A stretch of 64,000 nucleotides of DNA, taken from positions 21,416,122 through 21,480,121 of the forward strand of contig OZ316898.1 in NCBI GenBank assembly GCA_973895155.1. Direction: 5' to 3'. Of the stretch, positions 27,501 through 40,500 are shown one piece after another. This stretch comes from Marsupella aquatica. Its lineage: Eukaryota; Plantae; Marchantiophyta. The translations under genes and the position numbers were made by a program. Every line of letters begins with the position of its first letter. The stretch's first letter is position 1. A model generated the notes under the pieces. It made no database searches and was not told the DNA's origin. It saw only the letters and a list, made by a program, of their open reading frames with translations.

Positions 27501-29970
27501 TCAGTATCCTCCTCCATATTGCTAGGAACCCAAGGATGCATATATTGCTGCCAGAGTCTTGGGCTCAAGGGTGTACATTCTATATCGTCCCTTTCTTGCC
27601 TCACATGGAGTGAGACCAAATCAAAGGTGAACTACTATCTCAGGATGGGCGTAGCTCATGCCAACTAGATCGTTCACCACAAATTTGTTATCTTGCCTTG
27701 GGACCTGTTGAAACCACACTGCCCTCAAAGCTAAATCACCCTTGTTAAATTCCTCTCCATACAAGTCCTTGAAACTCTTCTTCACGGTGTGCAAAGTCTG
27801 CTCACATTGAAGAATGTAGAAGTCCACATTCCACTTGTTATCTATCTCAGCCTTCCCTGGAAAGAAGTCACCTTGTTGAACCAATTCGGCCAGCAGCCCA
27901 TCCTCCCATTGGTAAGGTCCTTCCCCCACTCCCATTTCTTCCACATCAGTTCTCACATCACTTGGCAGGACTCCTTTCACCATGACAAGCTTAAACTGTC
28001 CAGCCCAACTTCTATTCTCACATTGCAAAGGTTCATCATCTAAGCAATGAGGACAAAAACGACAAAGTTCTATGACTTGAAGGAGAGTTGATAGGCGGTT
28101 ACTAAATCCATCAAAGCAGTGTAAGGATTGGGAACCTTGGATAGGATCACAGCCCCATTTCTTCTTGCGATTGACAGCTCCCATTGGAATCTCCCAAAAC
28201 AGGCGTCAAACAAGTTGGACGTCTCCATACTCCTTTTCTTGGCCCATAGCAAATTTGTCCTTGTAGAACAAAACCACATCATGGGCATTCTCCAATCAAT
28301 GTTCATGGATTCCCTTCAGCTGTTCTATCTCAATCCCCTGCTTTATGTGGCCTCCAAGGGCATCCTAAAAGCACACACCATAGTACTCATCTCAGGAAAT
28401 GAAACTTGGATGAATCAATATAGAACAACAAAGTTACTGTAGGGAACTTCAGCTTAAAACACAATTTGGAATGAGCGGATGTACATATAAAGTAATATTG
28501 CAACTTACAACGACACCTTTTCCGTGCCCTAAAGCATGGAAATACCACTTCATTCGTGCACCAATCTTTTGTAGTATTTGGATACATAATAAAAAGGTCT
28601 GCAAGCCTTGAACTGTGAAGCAGCCCCATCTGACCAGACCCAATGTTGCTCAAATAGAATTCCTTCCTCCCTCAACCACTGGTTATGAGCATCCATACAA
28701 TGTTGGACGAAGAGAGCGTCGTGACAATTGTCATCACTGATATAAGAATGATAATCTGCAATAATGTCTCGACCACCCTCCTCATCCAATGCCATCCGAA
28801 CCGTACTTCCAATAGCAGCCTCCATAGATTCCACACAATCTTCTCTATGCCTATAAGTGACATGAATCAACAAAGTGACCTGTCTATATATTATCCCAGT
28901 GTTGACTCTATATCTCATTTTGGATTTTGAACATGTAACTTTCAGAGAAATTAATAGATGACACTATAGTTCCTCTAGGGAAAGTTTTTGAACAAAGTTT
29001 GAATTGTTCTGACTGCCAACGTGCTCTGAAATTATGCACAATGAATGTCTTCATTGTATTCAAAACCTGACTTTTGAATTCACCCATTGAAGTTCTCTTA
29101 AACACCATTCTCAACCGTTTTGACTTTTTTGTAGCACTCTCGTCTGTTCCTTTTTCTTCTCTCTCTTTTGTTGGGCTTTCTTGTCTAACTCCAAATACTG
29201 AAATGTCTCCACTCAATAAATTGCTTGTCAACTCAATCTAACTCAGATGTACACCAATCCAACTTGTTGACACCACAATTCTTATAGGAACCCATGATAC
29301 ATTTCTTTCCATGCCACTGCTTCCCCTCAGCTCTTGGACACAGAGCTCCCTCTATCCAACCCCGTACGTATGTTATTGTTGTTCTAGAAGCTACACAACT
29401 CTGCAAAGGAGCATCAACTGATGTGCAAATGGGGCAATCACAAGAGCAATGCTTATTGTGTTGATGCTTCCTGAATTTGTTGACTGCCTCCTTCAAGAGG
29501 TCCATTTCAACATGCATGTTGCTTACAACAACAAATGTTTCTGTCTTTCATAGGACGAATGTAGTAAGGCTTCATATACTGAAAAGACCTGAAGTCTATA
29601 TGAACTCCATTCTCGTCTTTGCCACAAAACTCCTGGAATTTCAGAATAAACTCCACCTGAAAAAGATGCAAGCATTGCTCCAAAACATATTCAATCATTG
29701 TACACAAAGATGCAGTAGAGTTCAAATCGCTTACTGATGAACATGAAAGCTCCTGTACCCTATTGTAAGCCCTATTTGAATGTCATTGATAATGACAAAT
29801 TAACAAAATCTAACCTGGGTATCCTCTGGCCAATGCACCTGATGCTCCTCGTACACATTTCTACTCAATCTTAGTCTAGCCTTGTCCTTGGCGCAAGGAG
29901 AGATTTGAGTATTTGTTTCCCAAAACTTTTCCACAATTCTTTGGACTTCAACTGAAATTTTGTTGCTTCT

Positions 29971-30159
29971 TGTTAGAATACACTTAACCCTAACTCATAG
30001 AGTGATACAAAGGGGTATATAGGGACTAGATATAGAGAGTCATGAGACTAGGAGAAGGTAGTTATAACCATCCAATGTGTAACACCTTATAAGCCACATT
30101 GGCTCATGAAAGGATTATCTTTGTGTTGTTGGTGTATGAATTATAACCATCGTCTAACA
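29971..30159 (+). repeat. 5' LTR of copia element 2
   Basis: TGTTAG...CTAACA, identical by eye to 35285-35473. Confidence 0.97.
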
Positions 30160-30173
30160 CGTTATCAGCACGA
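30160..30173 (+). promoter_or_regulatory. Half-tRNA-Ile-type primer-binding site
   Basis: CGTTATCAGCACGA directly after the LTR, complementary to the tRNA-Ile anticodon arm rather than to a 3' CCA end. Confidence 0.75.
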
Positions 30174-30329
30174 TTTATGCCCTTCAATCTTCTCGAGCTT
30201 ATGTTTTTTTTCCCTCTTTCTCTTTTTGATAACTTCCAATTGTCATCGACAATTCTTCACCGCCCGCACCCTGATTTACACAGACCACGACCAATTCCCC
30301 AGGGCTACTAGACTTCAATTAACCTGACA

Positions 30330-33300
30330 ATGACAACTTTGGAGAAGCTCCAATTCCCGTCACTCGTAATAGACGGCGAGAATTACTTATCTTGGGCACA
30401 AAATGCCGAAATCGTTCTCAACATGAAAGGCCTCGGCGATATTTTATTGGGGGAGAATTATGGAACATTACAGGAGAAGGTCCAGGCCCTGTACATTATC
30501 CGCCATCACCTAGACGCTGATTTACAACTTGAATATCTCATAGAGTATAACCCGAGAGCCCTCTGGGATGCTCTAAAATTGAGGTTCGATCACCTCCGCC
30601 TAATCTCCCTTCCAGCCGCTCGCAACAAATGGATTCATCTAAGAGTCCTAGAGTACTCGACTATTGCAAAATACAATAGTGCCCTCTTCCGTATAACTGC
30701 TCAACTCGCAACATGCGGAGAACCCATCAACGAGGTAGCCAAGATCGAAAAAACACTCTCCACATTCTCTGCAACAAATATGCAATTGTCACAGATCTAC
30801 CGACAACGCCACTTCACCCAATTCTCTGATCTAATTGCAGTTATGCTCCTGGCTGAGAAGAACGATCTCCTTCTCCTTAAGAACTCCCGAGAAAGACCAC
30901 CAGGTACGCTACCCAGGACTGAAACCCAATTCACGAGTACCAACAGAGGTGATCCCTCTTACAAAGGCAACAATGGCCCTCTTAGAAGAAATACGGGCCG
31001 CTTCAAAAGATTTAATTGGAGACGCCAAGCACGCACGGACAACGGCACCACACAGCCAACCACGAATCCTTGGCAACGCAAGCCAAATTATACTCAAAAC
31101 ATACCTGCACACATCACACCCACAAAGAATCAGGCTAAGTGTTTCCGTTGCGGCGGACCTGGTCATATCCAAAAGAACTGTAAAGTCCAATCCCACCTGG
31201 TCAAACTATACCAGGCCTCTCTGCAAACCACGAACACGGCCATAGCTGCAAACCACCTTGAGATTGATGAAGACCTCTCACAATACACACTTGCAATGCC
31301 CCCACCAGAGATACACATGGTATTACAGGGAAAGAACCCCAACTCACCCTCCGACATCGATACCTGCATCCTCGACAGTGGCACCTCTCACACAATATTA
31401 AAAGATAAACAATACTTTCAGCACATATCCCCATCCAATAGACCTGTGACCACCATTACAGGTATAAACCAATTAGAGGAAGGACACGGACCCGCTGAAC
31501 TCACCCTCCCGAATGGCACAATTATTCAAATCCAATCTGCCATCTATGCCCCATTGGCAACCAGAAATCTACTCAGCTTCCACGATATTCGCCAAAACAA
31601 CCTCCACATTCGCTCTGCACCTGACCACCAAGTAGATGCTTTGCAGATCTTTCAGGAAACTGATACTGGCCCAATCATACTAGAGACCTCACCACTTCTT
31701 CCCCCTGGAGTATACGCCACCAAAATTACAGCTTATCATTTACAGGCCCAACCCTTATCACCCACAGAACTATGGCACTTCCGCCTTGGCCACCCTGGCC
31801 CAGGAATGTACCACAAAATCCTCAAGAACACCACGGGCATTCCCCAAGGAGTCCATCCATCATCTAAACATGAGACATGCATCCCATGTGCACAAGGCAA
31901 ATTGATTACAATGTCTGCCACCACTAAAAACACCTACCACATACCTGATTTCCTCTCACAAATAAACGTGGATGTCTGCGGCCCAATAGACCCACCAAGT
32001 GGACCATTTCGGTTCTTTCTAGTGATGATATGCTCATCCACGAAATGGTCCTCGGTCTCACTAATCTCCACCCGAAATCTGGTATTTGCTCGCCTACTAA
32101 CTCAGATTATACGCCTAAGAACTCAATTCCCTGACTCAGCTATCAAGACAATAAGAATCGACAATGCTGGTGAATTCACATCACCTACCTTCGACGATTT
32201 CTGCCAAGCCCTGGGTATCACCATTCAATACTCGGTACCATATGTACATTTCCAAAATGGCGCTGCAGAAGCAATGATCAAACGTATACAACTTATCTCA
32301 AGACCTATATTACTACAGACACAATTGCCACTTACAGCTTGGGGACATGTCGTACTCCACAGTGCCGCATTATTAAGGTACAGACCATCGGCCTTCAACA
32401 CTTACACACCACATCAGCTAGCATATGGATCTACACCAGACGTTACACACCTGAAAATGTTTGGCTGTCTTGTTCTCGTCCCAATTCTAGGCCCTAAACA
32501 TACTAAAATGGGACCACAGCGGCAACGCGGCATCTATGTGGGATTCGACTCTCCTTCAATCGTCAGGTACCTCGAACCAACTACAGCTGATGTGTTCCGA
32601 GCTAGATACCAGGATTGTAAATTCTGTGAGGATATTTTTCCCCCACTCCTTACCCCTGCACAACTCTACAAACAGAACACTCTAACCCCTACGTTAGAAT
32701 GGACAACTAAGGACCCATTCTGGAATGACCCCCGTACACAACTCACAAACGATGAAGTAAAGCGCATCCTGAATCTTCACCGAATCATGGAAAAAATACC
32801 AGACGCCTTTAATGATGCTGTTGCTGCCACGAAATCCCATATAGAAGCAGCTAACGTCCCTGCCATAATTTCCATGCCCGATACCCGAGCCACAGACCTT
32901 GCCCCCAAGGCAAAGAGAGGCAGACCCCCTGGATCCAAAGACTCCAGATCACGACAGAAGAAACCCGTATCAACACAGCTCTACTTACGTTCACCAGGAA
33001 CTACACTGGTCGATAACGAAGAAATATCAATACATTACATGCATACCGGGCACTTATGGCCTAGAGATATAACTGAACCTGACGAACATTTTGCCTTTCT
33101 TATCTCCCAAGATATATCTAGTGACTTACCAGATCCCCGGAATATTAAAGAAGCTCAACAACGTCCCGATTGGCCTAAATGGGACTCTACCATTAACTCC
33201 GAGCTTGACTCACTCATAAGCCGCCAAGTATTTGGACAGATTTGAATTGTACCTGCTGAACAACATCTCACAGGATACAGAATTACACTAGTACGTAAAC

Positions 33301-35005
33301 GAAATGCAGCAGGCGAAGTAGTCCGCTATAAAGCCCGACTTGTTGCTAGAGGCTATACACAAATCTATGGAAAAGACTATGACTTGACTCATTCCCCAGT
33401 TATGGACTCTATCACTTACAGATTCTTGATTGCCTTCGCTCTTACACATAAACTCCTAATGCACCTTATGGACGTTGTTACCGCTTACCTTTATGGCATA
33501 CTCAACACTGATATCCATATGAAAGCTCCACCCGAGCTAATTCAAAGAGTAACCTTCCACATTAAGGGGGAGCATCAAACTACTCTATCCCCGAACATAC
33601 AGTCGGGTATTGATAAGATTGTTCCTACACAGGAACTTAAGGATTACCTTGTTCAATCAGGCCCACTGGTACCTGAACAAATAACTGAACACTTATCAGA
33701 GGATCAGAACGTACATGAAAAGCAAATTGCTTATGGTGAACATCAAACGAATTCTTCATTGAATTCCCTGGGTTTACCCACAGAGGTAAACCTCGTTCAT
33801 CAGAGGATACCTAAACCTCAAAAACCAGCGAAAGCATTTGCTGTACAGGTTCTTCGGTCCATTTATGGCTTAAAACAGAGTGGCCGTATTTGGTACAAGC
33901 GCTTCCGTGCTGAGATGATAGCACTTGGTTTCGTGAATGAGGACATCGCTCCCTGCCTATTCATAAAACGAGCTGGAACTGAATTTATTATCATAGCAAT
34001 CTATGTAGATGATATAAATCTTATGGGCACTAAGCTTCTTATGGAACAAACAATTACAACACTCAAAGGCATCTTCGCAATGAAGGATATTGGGACACCC
34101 CTTTTCTGCCTTGGCATTCAATTCGAACACTTACCTAATGGCGTTCTGATTCACCAATCCACATATATATACCAGGAAGATATTAAAACAATTTAATATG
34201 GACAAGTCATACCCTGTCACAACACCTATGGAACTTCGCTCCTTAGATTCATCCAAAGATATGTACAAGCGCAGAACTGAACAAGAACCGATCTTGGGCC
34301 CAGAGAAACCTTACCTCTCACCTATAGGCGCCTTGATGTACCTGGCAAACCAGACACGCCCGGATATCTCCTTCGCTGTCAACTTGTTGGCTCGCCACAG
34401 CTCTCAGCCAACGGTAAGACATTGGAACGGTATCAAGAGAATTTTGCGCTACCTCCAAGGTACGATTGACACTGGCCTCTACTTTCCCAAAGATATGCCT
34501 AATGAACTGATTGGTTTCGCTGACGCAGGTTACCTCTCCGATCCTAATGATGCCAAGTCCCAGACGGGCTATGTCTTCCTGCAAGGATCCACGGCAATAT
34601 CCTGGAAAAGTACTAAGCAGACACTGACAACAACTTCCTCCAACCATGCGGAAATAATCGCCCTATACAAAGCTAGTCGCGAATGCTTATGGCTTCGCCA
34701 ACTTAATTATCAACCATATCCACGTCTCCACCGGTCAAGAAGTCCTCACCAAACCAACAATCATCTACGAAGATAATAGACCCTGCGTTGACCAAATTGC
34801 TAAAGGATTTATCAAGGGAGATCGAATTAAGCACATAGCACCTAAATTCTTCCATACACATGAACAGCATGGTGATCAGATTAACGTTCAATGGATACCT
34901 TCCAAAGACAATTGCGCCGATCTATTCACGAAGCCCTTACCTCGTGTCCTGCACGAAGCACACTCGACAGGAATCGGCCTACGCAAACTCTCAGATTTTC
35001 CCTAG
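30330..35005 (+). pseudogene. Copia gag-pol polyprotein with one nonsense codon and two frameshifts
   Basis: CFRCGGPGHIQKNC knuckle, ILDSGTS protease, WHFRLGH..CIPC, VDVCGP..IDNAGEF..NGAAE integrase, YVDD. Lesions: TGA at 33243-33245 and 4-bp insertions near 34165 and 34705. Confidence 0.95.
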
Positions 35006-35284
35006 TACCTAAATGCCCTCGACTACTCGTTTCAGGCATTATTATTACGATCACCCTAAACCCGTAATACCTGGTAGAATGACATATTACTACTTAGTAT
35101 ATACTTAGTCCCCTCAACTTAACGAACTTATTACATGTAAGACAGTGATACTCTTTTTACCCCAAAGAAGAAAGCAGGGGGTTTTTAATGAGATCATGTA
35201 GTTCATAAGTTCTAATATACCCTGAATTAGGATTAACTCTATTCTATAGAATGGTTACTTTCTATTGAAGTAACCAAGGGGGAG

Positions 35285-35473
35285 TGTTAGAATACACTTA
35301 ACCCTAACTCATAGAGTGATACAAAGGGGTATATAGGGACTAGATATAGAGAGTCATGAGACTAGGAGAAGGTAGTTATAACCATCCAATGTGTAACACC
35401 TTATAAGCCACATTGGCTCATGAAAGGATTATCTTTGTGTTGTTGGTGTATGAATTATAACCATCGTCTAACA
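35285..35473 (+). repeat. 3' LTR of copia element 2
   Basis: Follows the PPT AAGGGGGAG and is followed by the TSD CTTCT. Confidence 0.97.
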
Positions 35474-35558
35474 CTTCTCACTTTCCTTTCCCCCATTGGA
35501 AACCTTATCAAACAATCAGAATCTATGGACTTCCTCCTTCTTGAAGCTTTATATATGA

Positions 35559-35790
35559 CGAGCCCTATGCTAGTGCTTTGCACTGTGCAAGGAGGGCAGA
35601 CCTATAGGGATTGGCCATGGCATTAGGGGCAAGGAGAAGCAAATATGTGATAGGGGTGTACATTTCTCTCATCAATGGTCAGCAAAAATAGCTAATAAAA
35701 TCCAATGGCTGTGGATCTTTCCCGCCCATGAGCTTTTTTGTATGGGGACGAAGGACAAAAAAAGGTGGGATCCCTTATTATAGTTGTAGA
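35559..35790 (-). mobile_element. 232-bp non-autonomous mini-Helitron
   Basis: Starts A|TCTACAACTATAATAAG and ends with an AGTGC-AAA-GCACT hairpin followed by CTCG|T, with no TSD. Removing it restores the host transposase frame. Confidence 0.75.
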
Positions 35791-37582
35791 TTTTCCATTT
35801 GATACCCAAAGCCCCAGCCACTGAAGTCTGATACCTATTCACTACTGTGGCCTGGCTTGCCAATGCAACTGTCAAGATCTACTTTGCACCTAGATGGTCT
35901 TTCTGCTTTGCAGTCTTCAGTTTTTGCAAGCAATTCTTTAGGTCAGCAACTGCAGCAAGTATCGCTACATCTCTCCGACGAGTGCCAAAAACTGCAGGGA
36001 GGTACTTCTTCAAGGAAAGATGGAGCATAAACTTAGTGAAAAATAGCTTCCTTGCAGACAAATTAAATTTGTCCAATCTACTCAAGATGGATGTCACCGC
36101 CACAGACACCTGAGATTGAACACTTTGTCTTCCCCTATTGGAATTCAATTCGTCTTCTAAATCACCAGCAGACCCACATTGCCAAGCCTTTGTGCGTGTA
36201 TTACCCTTTTTTTCCCAGTATGCTGCTTGCTTCCTTTGAGCATCTCATGCTCTAAATTCTGTTGAAGCAGAGGATTGACGGTTTGCTTGCCTTGAAGCTG
36301 AACTCTCCCGCTGCAGCTCTGAAGGTTGGCCATGCATGCTCTCACCAAGAAGTTGCCCATCTAAGGACCAAAGACGTGCTTCTTGACGCCCTATGCGATT
36401 GCGGAGAGTGTGTCTTCTTTGTATCAATTTGTCACATTGTAATTGTGTAGATTGTAGGATGCTAGTAGCTTGTGTACTTGCATTCACTGTGATGTCGGCA
36501 GCCTCTTGGGAAGCCTCCGCACAATTCTACTCACTTCATTCTTAGTAGATGAAATCATTTGCTGGCATTTGTTTTGTGCATCTCCCAACAATCCCTGTCC
36601 AGCCACATCGTTACTATTACCACCATGTGCAATCGATTGTCCATGGGTGATCCATTGCTGCCTATTACAATAGGACTTGCGTTTGCTAAGGTTTTGCCTT
36701 TCTGATCTCTCTCTTGCTAGGGCATTGTGTACTTCAGCAAGACTGGCCATTCGATGTTAGGCACCGCATCAAGTACTAGACAGAACTTGGGAGGTATTGA
36801 AAGCGAGATGCAGAGCATCCGAGCATTCAGATTCTACCTGATACTAGGCCAATACTTCTAAACTTGCCTACCCATTTGATCCTACGAGCACCATGGCAAA
36901 GCTCAAAAATTGCCTGAGGTCCACCAACGCTTCAATCACAGTGCTCCTCCTATGGGCAATCTTCGAGATGCATTGTTGTAAATCAAACTTCCACAATGAA
37001 TCATCAACTCCCGATCCAAAGCTTCAACTCTCCAACTATGCCCCATCCCCAACAACTCAGCTCTCACATTGCGTGTGTATGGCACAAGCTCCTTCAATGA
37101 GTAATCGACCACCATTGCCATCCCTAACCCCTAAGCCCTTTGCTATTGGTGCATGCCCGTCCCAAGACAATTCAAGCCTAACTTGTGCTTAGAACAAAAT
37201 CCGCGATCAATTTCAAACATCAACTATGAGTCCTTGCCCACTTTAGTCCTTGTTTTCAAAAGCATCGACTATGAGTCCTTGTATTCAAACACATTGCAAG
37301 CCGCAACTTTCTCTATTCAATGTCACGAGATCCAAGGAGAACATTTATGCATCGTCCTTGCTAAAGTCCAAGATAGGAATTATGCATAGACTGTACTTCA
37401 ACCGGTCCAAATGAATACTTCATGCATCTTTGATTGATCTTCAAATCCAGCCTTTGATTTGGCCCTTCTACATCTTGGCCCTTGAGTGTAACACACCCCA
37501 ATTTATTGCAAAATTCATGAGGACTCACTCCTTTTGGTGGAGACTTTGGAGATCCTTTTTATGTACCCTTGAATCATGCTTT

Positions 37583-40500
37583 CCACCAAGTAAGGACTTC
37601 CCCCCAAAGGGTGGCAAGCCAAGCAAAGATGGACGGCAAAAGGGCATTAAGGTAAGTATCGCTCTAACCAAACCCTTAGTAGTTGACAAGGTCCCTATAG
37701 GGGATGTTCCTGCCGTAGAGAAGGTGTTGTTGCAAGAGAAAGTACCTAGTAAGGTTAAGACAATGGATCCTGAAAAGCTGATTTTTGTGAATGTCACTTC
37801 TAACGGTAATCTAGGTGTTTCTTTGGTGGATACAAGCGCAACCGCTTGCTTCATAAGTGGGCAGGCGGTGGCACGTCTGGGGTGGATGTGCAAGAATTGC
37901 TACAACCGTTAGTGTGCAAGTTGCCAACAACTTTTAAGGGATATTGTCAAGAGTGGTACATAGAATTTGGGTAGAGGTCATAGGCGAACAACAAAATTTT
38001 GTTAGTCAAGAGATGTTCTACGTTCTAGACAGGCTAGTCGTAGACTTCATTTTGCTGGTAGGTTATCTTAGAAAACACAATGTTACCTTGAAACCAGGGG
38101 ATGAGGTGCTCAATTTTCCCAATAAGGGCGGTGAGCCCATCGTTGTACACAAAATTACAAAAAATAAAGAAAGATTTGTCAAAGTAAAGTGTCGTGGTTG
38201 TCTCTGTGTGTATCGGCAAAGCAATGGTGGAAAGACTTCAAGGGTGGACATGAAGGTTCTTCTTTCATCTCCACCTAGTTAAGGTTAAGATTAACCTAGT
38301 TAAGGTTCATCAACACCACTGTTGCGCAGCCAAAGGTTAAGTGAGCTAAGATTGGGCCCGACCGCGGTCAAATTCCTGAGATTTTAGAGGAATTCAATGA
38401 TGTGCTCTCGCAGAAGCTACCTAAAGGTTTACCCCTGCGGAGAGAAGTGGATCACCAAGTTGAGTTGGAGCCAGGTTCGGCTCCTCAAGCTCAAGCTCCT
38501 TATCGTCTGAACCTGAACAAACAATTGATGTTGAAGAACGCCTTGGAAGAGTTGATCAACCAAGGCTTCATTCATCCTAGTAAGAGTCCTTATGCGCCCG
38601 CGCAATTGTGTCCAAAAAGGGTGGTACTTTGAGATTGTGCACAGGGTATCGGGCCCTCAATAAGCAAACAGTAAAGAACAAGTACCCGTTACCTCATATG
38701 GATGATCTTTCCAATTGCTTCTCCAGGGCTAAGAAGTTTTCAAAGGTGCACTTGCGGTTTGGGTATTACCAGATCCGCATGCCTAAGGGAGACAAGTATA
38801 AGACCGCGATGCGCAGAAGGTTTGGAGCCTACAAATTTTAGGTTATGCCGTTTGGGTTGTGTAATGCAACCGCAACGTTCATGAAGATGATGAATACCAT
38901 CTTTCATGACTAGTTGGTCCAAGGAGTGGTCGTCTTTATTGACGACATCCTAATCTACTTGAAAACCTTGGAGGACATGAGCAATTCTAGACATGAGCAA
39001 GCCGGACATAAAGCAATTGGTTCTTTGCCACGAGCAAAGTTGTTACTTGTGCTAAAAGAACCACATGGTCTATAGGGCAAAAGGAGGACTTTTGCAACCC
39101 TTACCAGTATTCGCGGCTCCATGGGAGTCCATCTCCATGGACTTCATTGTGGGGTTATCTGATTCCCACGGTAGTAACTTCATCTTAACAATCGTGGATC
39201 ATTTTTCCAAGATGACATATTTCTTGCCGACTACAAATAGTTTCAGCCTAAAAGGTTGTTAGTGTAGTCTTTGACAATGTCTTTCGACAATGGGATTGCT
39301 CTTGCATATCCTGTCCGATTGCGATACCAAGTTCACAGGCCATTTTTGGAAAGCGTTGTTCTAGTTATCCAAAATAGACCTTACCAAAGGATCAGTGTCT
39401 CATCATGAGACGAATGGCCAAATGGAACAAGTGAATGATATCGTGGAGGACTTGTCTCACTTTGTGACGGCCAATCAAAAGGATTGGGCAAAGCACTTAA
39501 CAATGGTCGAGTTTAGGTATAACTCGACCAAGCATTCGGCAACGGGGTTTGCGCTATTTGTGTTGGCCTTAGGGAGGATGCCCTTGGTTCATAAATCCAG
39601 AAGCTTGGTGGATAAAAAACAAGGTTCCTTTTGTAGACAATTTTGTTTGAGAGCGACGCCTAGTTGTGGAAGCGGCTACCAAGGGTATGACCCTTGCCCA
39701 ACGTCAGTACAAGGAGCAAGGGGATAAACATTGATGCCAGGTAAGCTTTGAAATTGGGGAGAGCGTCTGGTTGCAATTGAGACCTGATTAATACCATGAG
39801 AACATAACTAGGAAGTTGGCTCCCAGATATGTGGGGCAGTCGCGGAACTCGACTACCTGAACACCTAGCTCCAGCGTTGCTGACTCCGACGCCGAGCTCT
39901 TTTATGGTCCAGGCCCGGATAGGCCATCCGGGGAGAACTTAGCATGGGGAGACTTGTGGGCATTGGGAAGTGGCACTCGTAGAGGCAAGGCGCCAAGCTG
40001 GTGACACACACTAACGACCTTGACTGGCTTGGCGCTGGTCGGGTCAAGGAGAATACGGGCTGGGCTCAAGGTCGATCATTTGGACCCCAGACATACTTTG
40101 AGTTATGAGGGCTTGAGTGTGAGCTCCTCTTGGGCCCAAGGCCAATGGAGTTGACTCCATAGTAAACGGACACTTGGGGCGCAAGTTATGGCCCAATCCG
40201 GGTTGGGCTGATCGGGGCCCCTGAGCGGCAATGAGACCTGAGGGCCTAGGCATGAGCACTGGGTTGGCCCGGTCACAACGGGCTAAGGCACTCCGTTTGC
40301 AGATGCCGAACAAGAGAGTTATGGGCGTTGTCAGTTGGTGGCGCGCCCGTTATGCGAAATAGGATTCTGGTTGTAGGCCAAATATTGAGGACCAAAGCTG
40401 GTCCGGGGGTGACAGGTCTCCAGAAGCATAAATGAGGGGAGTGGGTCTCCTTGGGGGCCAAGGGCGAGCCCAAGTTGTGAGCCGCGGCGGTCGCGACACC

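Larger units (their letters stand above)
29971..35473 (+). mobile_element. Complete Ty1/copia LTR retrotransposon (Bianca-like), 5503 bp
   Basis: Identical 189-bp LTRs, CTTCT TSD (29966-29970 and 35474-35478), PBS at 30160, PPT at 35276-35284, domain order gag-PR-IN-RT-RH. Confidence 0.98.
27522..36750 (-). pseudogene. Sola2-like transposase gene (near full length once insertions are removed)
   Basis: ATG at 36750. Reconstructed ..IKWKI|IYKASRRR..KVRS|NKISVEVQ..; introns 29814-29657 and 28508-28365; Cys-rich CCCKQH/CSCDCPIC region; NFSESY, WSDGAASQFK, HGKGVV|DALGG. Several stops and frameshifts. Confidence 0.8.
26700..37270 (-). mobile_element. Sola2-like DNA transposon, copy 2, carrying nested copia and mini-Helitron insertions
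   Basis: Inverted paralog of 2243-4705. The transposase frame is restored when 29971-35478 and 35559-35790 are removed. Termini are not confirmed. Confidence 0.75.

Noticed and set aside
33243-33245. Programmed stop read-through between IN and RT
   Set aside because: Two further frameshifts show decay; a CGA>TGA mutation is the simpler explanation.
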